The notes under the pieces were generated by a model that had not been told where the DNA came from, ran no database searches, and saw only the letters and a list, made by a program, of their open reading frames with translations. This document shows positions 27,554 to 39,378 of a stretch of 64,000 nucleotides of DNA, piece by piece. The stretch's first letter is position 1; each line of letters starts with the position of its first letter. Both the position numbers and the translations under genes were made by a program. Source of the DNA: Calcarisporiella thermophila CBS 279.70 (lineage: Eukaryota > Fungi > Calcarisporiellomycota); the NCBI RefSeq assembly GCF_041956535.1, contig NW_027192192.1:1500646-1564645 (forward strand). The letters are read 5' to 3'.

Positions 27554-29391
27554 ATGAGCGATATTGGTCACAACGCAACTAACGAACTTTACGCATATAT
27601 GCCTGGAACTACGATGATAAATGGACATTACATGCAGAGCGGTAATGGAACAGCTTCATTTCCTCCGCACCAGGGTGGATATGGTGGGATAAACCCGCCA
27701 TATCAAGCAATGCAAGCGGCAGTATACGGGTCGGCGGTGAATGGATATACCAATGGGAGCAACTACAATAATACTGGAGTGCAATATCCTCAACAACAGC
27801 AGCAGCAGCCACAGCAGCAAGGAAACGGTACTCCTCCAAATAGTGTACCTCAGGCTAGCCGCACGATTTATATAGGTGGTATTCCCAACAACATTCCGAT
27901 GAGCGAAGTTCTCGACCATATCCACGCTGGCCCCATTGAATCGATTCGCATTCTGCCGGAAAAAAATTGTGCATTTATTCATTTCATCGATGCAAATACT
28001 GCCGCCGCCTTTTTCCAAGATGTTCAGCAGCGCAAGCTAATCATCCATGGCCAGGAATTGAAGGTTAATTGGGGTAAGTCGTCGCCCACGGTGCCCAGCC
28101 ACGTCGCGATCGCTGTTCAGAATGGAGCCTCGCGCAATGTCTATCTCGGAAATTTAGACGAGTCCGTGACTGAGCAGACATTGCGCGAGGAACTTGGGCG
28201 CTATGGCCCAATAGATACCATAAGAATTCTGCGAGACAAGAGCATTGCATTTGTGCATTTTTTCAATATTTTGCATGCCATCAAATGCGTCTCGACATTG
28301 CCAACCGACCTAGCATGGTCTGGGCGCAGAGTTAATTTTGGACGCGACCGGTGTGCCTACAAGGGCGGGAGCGGAGTCAATGGCCAGGGTGCGCCATCCG
28401 GAATGAAGCAACAGGGCCAGATGGCCGGATATAGCGGATTCGAGAGCTATGTGAATGAGGGTGGCATTCTAAATCCGCAAATACTTGCCGCTTCATGTAG
28501 CCCCAATGCTCAGGTAGTCTAGAGAAACAAAAATTTTCAATAGGTACGATGAATAAGTATGGAACTAAAATCTGCCCTATGTAGCGTACGGTGTATCTCG
28601 GCAATATCCACCCGGAAACAACCTGCGAGGAGCTGTGCAACAACATTCGTGGGGGCATCCTCCATCAGATTCGCTACATGCCCGAAAAGCACATAGCATT
28701 TGTCTCCTTCGTTGATCCCAACGCTGCATCTGCCTTTTTCCAACTTGCAACCTACGCCGGTATTGTGATTCGCAACCGACGCCTCAAAGTTGGGTGGGGC
28801 AAGCCCTCTGCCCTCCCCGCACCCATCGCGGCTGCAGTGCAGCAGGGTGCGACACGCAACGTGTATGTAGGCGGAGTGGATGTAAACCTGGTGACGGAGG
28901 AGCGCTTACGGCAGGATTTCCGGGATTTCGGCGAGATTGAACTGGTGAATATGCTTAAAGAGAAAAGCTGCGCGTTCGTCAACTTCACCTCGATTACATC
29001 GGCGGTGCGAGCGGTTGAGGGTGCACGTTTGCGAGAAGGATATGGCGGGTACCGAATAAGCTTCGGCAAGGACCGATGCGGAAATCTTCCCCGGCCTGAA
29101 AAGGCAGCCGCAGCCGCCGCCGCTGCTGCAGCCGCAGCAGCTGCGGCAACCTCTGCCTCTGCCATATCGCCGGACACGGGTAGCAGTGGAGGACCGCCTG
29201 CCTTCGCCACGGTACCGGTTCAAGCCCTCTCTTCACAGCCGACTTCGCAGCCTCTCATACACAACGGTGGCGGGGATTTTGGAGACAATGCGACAAATGA
29301 TTTCCTAGGTGGGCCGACCGCCGATGACCACGGCATTGGCGTAACGGGAAACATTGGACTTGATTTGGATGATGGATACCCTGCCCTCTAA
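27554..29391 (+). CDS. MRN1: Four-RRM RNA-binding protein, S. pombe Nrd1/Msa2 or S. cerevisiae Mrn1-like
   Basis: [61 protein letters not shown]. Intron 28514-28584; poly-Gln and poly-Ala tracts; probable 5'UTR intron ~27104-27423. Confidence 0.9.
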
Positions 29392-29399
29392 ACTAAACT

Positions 29400-29920
29400 A
29401 AAGTGAGATTCGGTTCTTTTATATATTTTAATCTTTAATGAGTTTTTTCTAGCTTTTTTCTCTCTTCCTTCCTTCCTTTCTTTCTTTCTTTCTTCCCTCT
29501 CTCCTTCCTTCTATATTTTTTTTTCTTTTTTTCTATATTTTTCTCATCTCTTTTTTTTTTTTGTGAGAAGTGCGCTTTTTATTAAAGCTTTAATTTGTTT
29601 TGAAAATGATATTTTTTGTATTGCTTTTCTTTTTACACTTTTTTTCCTTTACAACACAAATTTTTTGGAGCTTTTTTTTCCTTTCCTTAAAACAATCCCC
29701 TTTATATATTTTGTTTCTTAATTATATTTTCCTATCTCTTCTCTTTAATTTTTTCTTATTATATTTGGCTTTGGGAGTTTTACTTTTCTTTCTTTTCATA
29801 TATATATTTTATTTTCTTAATGTTTTCTGTGCGTGTGTTAGTAACAAAAATATTTTCTTTTTCATAGTGTCTTTTTTCCCTCTTTTTTTCCTTTGTTTTA
29901 TACAAAAATACTCTTATTGA
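29400..29920 (+). repeat. T/pyrimidine-rich low-complexity tract (probable 3'UTR)
   Basis: About 500 nt dominated by T runs and TTCC/TTTC repeats, directly after the RRM gene stop. Confidence 0.7.
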
Positions 29921-30301
29921 TTCTTAGTGGTCAAAGCCATTGAGCAAACTAATATGGATCTTCAAGGAAATATCGAGGAGAGTGGTTTGTATCGATGAGC
30001 GAGAAAGAGATATAGAAAGCACACTGCGGAAGGAAAAAAATAAAGGAAAAACATAAACGACAGAGAGACGCATTGGATAACTTAATATCGACTTAAACGG
30101 AAAACTGTACAATATATAAAGGACACACAGAAATAGAATAGATAGAGGATTGACGACCAATAGATAGGGTTAAGTTAATATATAAACGAGCACAAAACTA
30201 GGGGAGGAGGATATACTTGTTCCAATTCATACGAGAGAGGCTATGTTACAATTCGAGTCGGGTTCACGGTGACACTAGGCTTGGAAAACGTGCGGGATGG
30301 G

Positions 30302-31312
30302 TCAATGTTGGTATGCATTCACGAACACTCCATCTGACGACGTCCCGCCAAGGGAGTAGTGGCTGTGGTGGCTTCCCACCTGGGAAACTCCGGCCCCGTA
30401 GGGGAAATAGAGCGATCCAGAGGAAGGCGTGCTTGGCAGGTAGGGATGGTAGTAGCCCATGGGAGAGGAGCCGAGATACCGGCTGGCCACAGCACGATTC
30501 CCGCCCGAGGATTGCTTGTCGCGAGGAGAATTGGACTTTTCACGAGAGGAAGCCGAGTGGTTGACTGTCCAATATCTATAAAGACTCGGGGGGTCAACCA
30601 GGACGGGGAATGGGGGAAGGGGGAGAAGAGCAGAGAGGACAGAGTGTACTTACCCTCCTTTGCCAGGCTCACAGCTGGGGCGTGCGTCTCTGACGAAGAG
30701 ACCTTTCATCGTCAGGTTGTGGCGGATGGAGTTTTTCCAAGTGGCGCGGGTCGTGCGAAAATAGCTGTAATTGCGAAGAAAGTAGTCGTAGATTTCAGCC
30801 ACCGTCATCCGTTTCTGGGGGGAGGATTCGATGGCCTGCTGGATCAGCGCAGCATACGAATAAGGGGGGCGACCCTCCTCCTCTCCCGCGCGAGTGCGAT
30901 GCCGGACCTTAGAGGGCGTCTTGTTGGTGTGGGCTCCAGCATAGGCGGCGGAGGCGGGGGTGCTGGAGAGAGGCGTGGCTGGAGAATGGTCCGCCGAGAC
31001 GGGAAGATAGCTGGAGTCGATGTGAGTTTCCCTGTCGGGCTGCTGATAGGACGACGAGGACGACGAGGTGGAGGAGTAGGAGGAAGGGGAAGACGAGAGA
31101 GGAGCATGTGGCGAGTATGACTGGTATTCCCTATCCTTGAGGTCGCTGACATTCTGCCATACTCCGTAAGCCTGGGGGGTGAAGGGCGAAGAGATGGAAC
31201 GAGGGACGTAGCGGAAAGGATTGTCGGTGGAGAACGAGGTCTTAGCGTCGTTGCCGGAGGAAGGAAGGTACTGGTGGGGAATGGCGAATGGAATGCTGAA
31301 GTCGGAGGTCAT
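30302..31312 (-). CDS. Forkhead (winged-helix) transcription factor
   Basis: RPPYSYAALIQQAI...MTVAEIY...TWKNSIRHNLT...F...GKG|GYWTV across intron 30576-30653. First in-frame ATG 31312; stop 30302-30304. Confidence 0.9.
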
Positions 31313-32645
31313 TTCGGGACAGCAGTTGTTTTTAAGGGTGTTGTTAGGCGTGTTTTCTGGGAGGGGAGGGCTGGGGAATAAAACAGGAAACACAACAATG
31401 TGCCTGGGCAATCAAGCCTAAGAGGGAGAGGGTGACTTTTGAGGGGGAATAAAGCCAAGGAGGAAAAAGGTAAAAAAAAAAGAAGATTGAGGACAAACTA
31501 GCGTGTTTTTATATAATTAGGAAGGAGAAAGCGAGCCTGTCACGAAATCTGCGGAGAACAGAGCCTCTAAGGTGCTCACCATGGAGAGGGAGAGGGAGAA
31601 AAAAAAAAGCAGACGCCTTGCATGAGGGCCGAATATGCAGCAGACAATGCTAGGGCCAGCAGATATCAACCCTGGATGAACACGCGGACAAGCCACAGCT
31701 CACAGGCACATTATATGAAGGGCAGATATTAATGCAGGCCAGCAGGAAAGTGGGTTCGTTGATGTAATCGTCGACACGCGCTATTGTTGTGGTTCCCCGT
31801 TCTATCCCGACGAGCTTTCAGAAGCTCAAGGAAAAAAATTTTGATTTTGTTGTGTTTTCCGCCACGTTAAAACAACGCTCTCCCCGCCCATTCCAAAAAA
31901 ATGGATGGCTTTATTGAGTCGCCAACCATGCCCCAAGCTGCGTGTCGGCTTGGGCGGCGGGGAGGGGAAGAGGAGGAAGGGCCTGTCTCGCACTCGCCAT
32001 CTTACGATTTCCTGCTGTGCGGAGGCCCACCCCAACTTCCTGCCGGCCCGTTCTCTTGCTTCCGCTCGAAAGGCCAGGGTCACGCTCCTGAGCATATAGA
32101 GTTGTCGAGCGCTTATGCAAATGCGGGCCCCAGCTATTCCGTTTCTGCCCTATGGGCGGTATTAGTAGGGCGACTACAGGAACAGACACTTGATCTCTCC
32201 TGCCTTGACCCGTGGGTGTCAAAATAAGATTCATCCCGCATCACATGCCTCCGCCCCTCCCCCCTAATATATTTTGCCAATAGCATGCAGGTCGAATGCA
32301 CGCGATTCATCTCCCCAATTAATTTATTCCCAGCGCAGCTAGAGCGCGAAAAAGGATAAACAATAACTCGTATCCTCTTGAGGCGATATGGTTTATTTGT
32401 TTGTGGTTTGTTTTACGTTTGTATTAATTGCGCTCGCTGGATCTCCTGGCTGCCGAGGGCAGCGCGGCTGGGCGTCTCACCGCAGAGTCCTCGCCCGAAG
32501 CAATTCGGGTGTGTTTTCCCGGCGCCCCTTGGATTTTCAGAGAACAAGGGGAGCGCCAGATGCGGAGGATCGCAACGATTGAAATCAGAAGCGCAAATTA
32601 AATTTAATAATAGATAGCAATTTAGATAGAAAACACAAAGGAAGC

Positions 32646-33534
32646 TTATAGGGTCCCCAGCAAAATCCCTACTCCGGCAAGTGAAAAAGCTACACCAACA
32701 TCAAAAATCCGGCCTCCATTCCCTCCATTACTCCCATGGCACGTACTATCAACAACAGCAAAAGCACTCAGGTTAGTACAGGGCGCCTTCTAGGCAAAGG
32801 AAGCAAGGCTCGGATGGTTTACCAATGGCCTATGCCGGATCCATCGCACGACGCCTCATACTGCTGAAATGCACAAACGACATCACGGCAGTTAATCATG
32901 TAGTGCTTACAGGCCGCAGTTCCTGGAATCAGCCCACCCATCGGTGCACTTCCAGGCGTGAAGGCCGCGGTCTTCGCAGATACTGTGAATGGAGGAAGGG
33001 AGCTAAGTGTGAATGCAAAATCGGATGTGGCAGGTTTGGCTGGCGCGGTGGGCGAGGGTTTCAACAGGGTTGTGGGTATAAGGGTGGCAATAGGGTTGGG
33101 TAACTCCGGCCCTTTTTGGGGACCTTGGGCCGGTTTTGCATCTAACGATCAAATGGGTAGGGATGGGTTAATCATCCATACAAAGCGGAGGCGAAATGAG
33201 ATCGATTACCTGGTTTTTCAGGCGCATTCCCCGGGGGCTTTCCTTCGTTATTATTATTATCCGGCTTGTCCGGTTGATTGACGGGAGGCTTATTGTCACC
33301 GCCCGGTGGATCGTTATTATTTTTATTATCTTGCGGCGGTTTTGCGGGTTGTACAGGCTGTTGTGGAGGATTCTTTGGAGGATCTTGAGAAGGGGCGGGG
33401 GCGGGGGCAGGGTCATTTTTGTCATTCTTCCCTGGAGGCTCTTTGGCTAAAGGGGGAATTTCCAGTGCGGCTTGCGCACACTGGATAAGGCAAAATGCCA
33501 CTACGGCGATGAAAATGAAGTAAGAGGGTCTCAT
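32646..33534 (-). CDS. Secreted Pro/Asn-rich protein with C-terminal Cys-rich domain and GPI-like signal, 3 exons
   Basis: Signal peptide MRPSYFIFIAVVAFCLIQCAQA. Introns 33142-33209 and 32746-32822 join to ...CKHYMINCRDVVC..C..HCTCHGSNGG...VGVAFSLAGVGILLGTL*. Confidence 0.8.
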
Positions 33535-34876
33535 TGGGTTAAATGAATGTGGAGGGACTAGATCCGATCCCCTTGAGGAAGATTATATCATCTAAATTAA
33601 AGTAGGAGATGGAATGAAAGGAGCGCAAAGTAATTCGAGACGATGCAGGATTTCGAAAGCAGCGGAAGCTCGATGATGAGATGGATGTGCAGTGGGAAGA
33701 GAGGGGAAGAGCGCCCCCGATTATAGGCTTAAAAGAGACATATTGCCCCTATTTTGATTGGAGTGGGGAAATTAATGAGGTAATTAAAAAAGCTAGGACG
33801 AGCGCAATTTTTACTCACTCTAATTTGAACCCATCCTAGTTTAAGACCACGGCTACGAGTCAGCTCAATCTCAGAGAAGCACAATCCAAATAGAAAAACC
33901 AATGGGCCTAGCCTTAATATACTTTGTGGCTACCTTGAAAAACTGCCATCCGACTATCACCAGCGTTTATGCTTTGATGTTTATACCCACTCGGTGCAAA
34001 GCTTGGCACTTTTTCTTTGCACTGATGACCCTTTTGAATGGTTCCCTCTACTGACTATTACCTTCAGAAAGTGCTACCATGATTTGCGAGTACTCTCACT
34101 GTATGCTCTACATAACGTAATGTAGAACTTATTATTATCGATTACTTTCACCAAGTGATCAGTGTAAAAATAGGGTTTCGAGGATTTAAACTCTGTGTTT
34201 TTTATTTAAACGAGACTAAGCTCGTGCTAACTTTTAGAGAGCAACTTGTTGTTCACATGCAAAAGACTCCATGGTCTATCATATCCTTACGTTCGCAAGC
34301 TTAATCACCGAGTGGCAGAGCTGTCGCGATCATAATTTGCATCGATTTGAAGGAGATTAAGGATAGTTGGGAATCGGGTCCAAAACTTGTATGGATGGCT
34401 ATCCTGGCCCAAAGGAACAGGATATCCGAGTGGCCAAAAGATGTGAAAAACAGATCAATAAGTCGGGAGTTGGTTCAATCTACTCTTCATGTAGTGACGC
34501 AAGAATAAGGATAGAACCGAAGAACAGAATGCAGTAGACCGATTCATTCGATTTGATAGGCTTATAATGGTAATGGCATTATATACACGCAAACCTTGCT
34601 TGCCAGTGTGATCACAGTAGGATGATCACAGGATGAAAACTAAGTGCTATGGGGATGCGCAATGGATTTGCCGGAAGGACAAGGCTTCATGGAAGAGGTT
34701 CTCGTCACTCTGAAGTTCCATTTAGAAATATCTCACGAGGAAGAAAAACGTAGAGGTGGATGTAAGGTTGTGGAGGCTTTTTATTTCCCTGCCTAATCCT
34801 ATTTAATACAATACTACGCCAGTATTTTTCGACGCTATCCTCACTAGCTCCTTATAATTTTGTACTCTAGTTCCCA

Positions 34877-35233
34877 ATGAGTTCACAAAAGCGCCACGAG
34901 CTCTCAGATGCGCTTCGAAATGAAATAGTTGAACTGTTCAAGTCTGGAGCAAAGCGCAAAGAGATCAGCCAAAAAACCGGGGTGCCAATGAGCACGGTTG
35001 GAAATACAATTAGGCGGTGGACGAGCACGGGTTTGATAACCCCGATGAAACGCCCTGGGAGACCTCGGGTACTAAGAGATCGTGATCTTTGCAAATTGGA
35101 TTGTCTGGTGAAGCAAAACGCCGGTGCGACCCTTCGAATGATCACTGACGAGTTCAATTTAGTTAGTGATATCAAAGTCTCGGAACGCACGATCCAGCGT
35201 AGCTTACGTGAATTGAAGTCGAAATCTTCGTGA
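34877..35233 (+). mobile_element. Tc1/mariner transposase N-terminal HTH fragment
   Basis: ELSDALRNEIV...ISQKTGVPMSTV...RPGRPRVL...VSERTIQRSL; the catalytic DDE domain is absent. Confidence 0.85.
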
Positions 35234-36000
35234 GAAATCCGTGGTTCTTCATCTTTGATGTCAAATAGCAATCTCACCTGGAATATCAGGTTAACATGCT
35301 CCAAATGGCGAGTTGTTATGGGAGATTGTGTTGGTATTAATTGAAAAGTTGATATTCAGCTTGATGTGGGCGGGCGAATGCTAGTTTTTCAAGAACGAAT
35401 CATCCCATCCTCGTAGCTAATGAGAGGCTGATTTTAAGACACAGCATGACAATTGAAATACTGAGCACGTCTTAGTCTACTTGTGCATTGAATCCTTGAT
35501 GCCTTTTCCCTCTTAATATATAATAATATAAAGCTGTATTACAATAAAGCTCTCGTAGATGGAGATATATTTTGCTCGGTGAAATGTTGGTTTAATTATG
35601 ATGTTAATTCAAAGATACATGCTCTATAACAATCGATGATGTTGACGAGAAATTAAGAATGAGAAAATGAAAAATAAGTTCCTGTCACAACCAGATGCAA
35701 ATGTTGTCGGGCAACGCATAGTCCGTGGAGGCGTAGGATATCCATAAAATTACAATCGAAGTTTTCTCCAGGAATTGTATAATTATTACATGTAAAAATT
35801 AGATATGTGACAAGAAAAAGTTAACCATGACTCTTGAATATCTTCTCCTACACCTAATACGGCTAAGTTCCCAAAAAAATTTCATCGCGCAGATCATCTC
35901 CGTTTCCCTATGATTAGAATTTGCCACCATTCCCCTGCCCAAACCAACTTAAGAGAGAGAATAAAGCAGAGATGAGTGCAATTTTCTCTCCAGTTCTAAA

Positions 36001-36462
36001 ATGTTCTTCTATACATTGGCACCATTATTTTACTGCCTAGTTGTGCTTGCATCAGTGTGTAAACATCTTGTCCATTGTCAACAAGAATGTGTTACCTCGA
36101 CCTATGACTGGGGAGAATATGTCTACTGCCAGCAGACGCCCGTCCTCAATGATGAGAAGCCAGCCCAATCTGTATCCACCTCACTAAGCAGAATTTGTCG
36201 ATCAATAACATATGAGAGTAGCGTCGAAGGACTTTGCTCGCTGAAAACCATTACATTTAGGCCGAATCATCCTGAGCCAACTCTCGCCAATCTATGGCAA
36301 ACTCAAAGAGATTGCGAGGCGAATTCGTCTGGTTCCCGCTGGTCCGATCATTGCAAAAAAACAAGTACTGAGCCGTTGAAGAGTACGACCACGACTTGGC
36401 CAACTCCTAGTAATTGTCGCATTAGAACCATCGATCATGTTAGATTTAGCATATGCCAATAA
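36001..36462 (+). CDS. Small secreted Cys-rich protein (153 aa)
   Basis: Hydrophobic N-terminus ending VHC-QQE; about 8 Cys in the mature part. Confidence 0.6.
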   Translation: MFFYTLAPLFYCLVVLASVCKHLVHCQQECVTSTYDWGEYVYCQQTPVLNDEKPAQSVSTSLSRICRSITYESSVEGLCSLKTITFRPNHPEPTLANLWQTQRDCEANSSGSRWSDHCKKTSTEPLKSTTTTWPTPSNCRIRTIDHVRFSICQ

Positions 36463-37032
36463 TGTGTTCCGATGACCCACAAGATATTTAGCATATGATT
36501 GCCTGTTTCATTGTGAATTTATCTCATATACTTTAATGACTTAGATATCATTGTATTTTTGACACAGTGTAAATAGTACTCTTATTCGCAAATTATATGA
36601 CGTTAAGTAGTGTATTCTAATTATTTTTGGAATCATTAAGGCGATATAGTGGATACCTCTTGTTCCAATAACGTGGGCACCTTCCTCTGCAACTTTCATA
36701 CTTGCAATAAATACGGGGGTTGAGGGAGCTATGGCCGAGAGCCTTGACCTGACTAGACTCAGAATATCAAACTACTCTTCCATATTCAGCAAGAAAGGAT
36801 TTTGAACCAGATCTATTTGAGCCTATCTAATGGCCTGAACTTCTGTAATTTTCGACCTTCATTAAGCTTCAGTCAGTATTAGACAATATCGAATGGAGTT
36901 GCGATAATCAGATATCATGCTCTCTACTGCTCCACTTGCTTGACCATTATTATTCATTTCTCAAGAACTTGGAATTATTCAGTAAATGAAGAAAATGTAG
37001 TCCATTCAATAGTAACAGCATTTGCAGGTTTT

Positions 37033-37286
37033 CTAGATGAGGTCGTTGCACTGGCAGTTTGCACGAAATTACCTTTGAAATGATGCTCACAGTCGAGCCG
37101 GTCCTCATTGTAGCAAACAAATATTGCATTGCAATCCCATAGTCCATAAGGTGACTGGCCTGTTCTGCATTGTTTTGTCTCTGTTCGATTGTCGACCCGG
37201 CAACTTATTAGATAGGTGGCGAAGCAATTGCCACTTAGACCTTAGATGGTCAATAGTGTAATAACGTACATGAGAAAAATTGCCAT
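37033..37286 (-). pseudogene. Pseudogene of a small secreted Cys-rich protein
   Basis: ATG 37286: MAIFLMYVITLLTI*GLSGNCFATYLISCRVDNRTETKQCRTGQSPYGLWDCNAIFVCYNEDRLDCEHHFKG. A 1-nt frameshift continues FRANCQCNDLI*. In-frame TAA at 37242-37244. Confidence 0.55.
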
Positions 37287-39111
37287 TTGGTGGATATTCT
37301 ATTCAACATGTTTGGGAAAAAATTTTCAAGTGTTGTAGCAAAAAGTATGCTCCAATATGAATCTACATCGCAAATATATATGAGAGGGTTACATCGAACA
37401 TCTAGGAAAGCATGCAATATTCAAGGATGACTATTTAGATTTATAGCATCAGTTAGATTATATACTAGCTGCTATATTCAGTCAGAATAAGTGATATATA
37501 TATGGTCAATGGATAATATTGGTTAACTTGATTCTTGAGGTTCTATTCCATGCATACCGTAATGCAAACTTCGTATATAGATAAAAAAATATCGCACGAG
37601 TCATTCTATAGGATTGGAATGAAATATGTCCTTGTCTTGTGCTGTGATCATGAGAGCTTATACAAGTGCCAAAAGTACGCGTGTACAGAATTCAGAGTGG
37701 GATTTTGATCACTGTTGCTCAAGTGAAATGGTGATATTCGAAGTGCATTGCATAGCTTTACACGAAGTTTTGTGCAATATTTCCATTTGAATTCTAAAAC
37801 GAGAGGAGTGGAGCTCTAAGAAAAGTATCCTCAACTCTAATTTATGGATGAATTGTTCGTAATAAGCAAATTTCTAAGAAAAAAGGGCAGCTTCATAAGT
37901 GGAAAAAAAACTTAACAGAAGACATTGCAAGGCAAGGACCCATGATGAGGGAGATCAGATAATATCGAATGACCTTAATCTATTCGTTGCTCGAGTGGAG
38001 ATAGCCTCATTCGGAAATGGATGGTAGTATTTTTTGCTAAGTTGTCGAGAGAATGATCGTAAGAATACCGGAGAACTCCGAGTGAGTGGAGGGACTCTAA
38101 AAATAATCCAACTTTACTAAAAACGAGCTCTAGGGGTGTCTTTCCTCAAAAAATTGCAGTTACCATTCGATAGATTATTTGTTTTCAGTGCTAAATATAC
38201 ATTGCTTGGTGAATTGTATAAATTTACCGACTCTGGCATAATATCTGCACAGACATCCGGAATCAGTCCAAACTAGAACATAGATTCAACTCAGCCTTTT
38301 CAACACAGTCAAATGACAGCAAAGCATACTTGTTTCCTGAGTGAGCTTTAGTTGTTTTAGGCCAATTAAATAGAATGATCTGTTCTTTTAAGCTCGATTA
38401 ATGAGGAAAGATGTCAACTTAGCCTCACAATACTTCAGTGCTTTAAAGCCTCGTGTGAACCAATATTTACCACTAGGAAAAAATAACGGCAGTAACCTCA
38501 CTTCTCTCTTATTACTTTATGATGCTTCTAATACTATTATTTTGTTCCTGAGTTTTGATTTCGTCTAAAGCAGTTCATCCGCTACTAAAGAAAATGGTGG
38601 ATAATTTTGGGCAAGAGCTCATTATTATTGACACCAGTTGAAGGGGCCTGTATAAGTCAGTTGAAGTTAAGTAAGGCATGGTCATGATATATGCGATGCA
38701 TTCGAATTAGCCACCAATTTTATTGGGTAATAGAGCTAAAACGATGTTTTCGTCAAATTCGTCGCATAATGTGTCTAAGAGGCAAAAAGCACGGAATGAA
38801 TGCTGTCATAACAACGATTCAACCCTTCTAGCTGAGCTGCAGCATCTGAGGCATAGGGCAGTATTTCATATACTTAGAAGGGGTAAAGCGAATCCACAGC
38901 CATAAGACCAGCTGCTTTAGTCATTACTACTAGATCAATGATGAGTACCATAAAAAGAGATAATGAGCTGGCATACCGACCGCAATGCCACGCCCCCATT
39001 TAAAAATAAACATCCCAGATCCCTATAAAATGCTTTGATTTTGAGGTTTGATCTTGCTATATTTTCATACACTCTTTCAGTTTCTAGTTGACTGAATTCT
39101 TTCGACACAAA

Positions 39112-39378
39112 ATGCAGAAAGCTTTCATCTTGCTCCTCATTCTCTTCTTCATCAGCCCAGTGCTCGCTGGTGACTACGTTAAGCCAGGAAAGGCGAAAGA
39201 GGGAGGAGAAAAGAGTGCTGAATTGGAGGCTCAAGGATGTAACCATTGCGGAGGAGGCCTGTACTGCTGTACTCCTAATCCCATTTGCTGCAATTTCAAT
39301 GGCGCGATTGGATGCTGCTCCGCAAGCTATCCAATTTGCTGCTACCGCAATGGTCAGCCAGCATGCTGCAGACAGTGA
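39112..39378 (+). CDS. Small secreted peptide precursor with a 12-Cys (C-C-CC-CC-CC-CC-CC) mature domain
   Basis: MQKAFILLLILFFISPVLA signal; charged spacer; GCNHCGGGLYCCTPNPICCNFNGAIGCCSASYPICCYRNGQPACCRQ. Confidence 0.8.
   Translation: MQKAFILLLILFFISPVLAGDYVKPGKAKEGGEKSAELEAQGCNHCGGGLYCCTPNPICCNFNGAIGCCSASYPICCYRNGQPACCRQ

Noticed and set aside
29600-29920. Phe/Leu-rich 106-aa ORF resembling a membrane protein
   Set aside because: Translation of a T-rich low-complexity tract.
31826-32617. Short GC-rich ORFs upstream of the forkhead gene
   Set aside because: No recognisable domain or splice-supported model; probably promoter or leader sequence.
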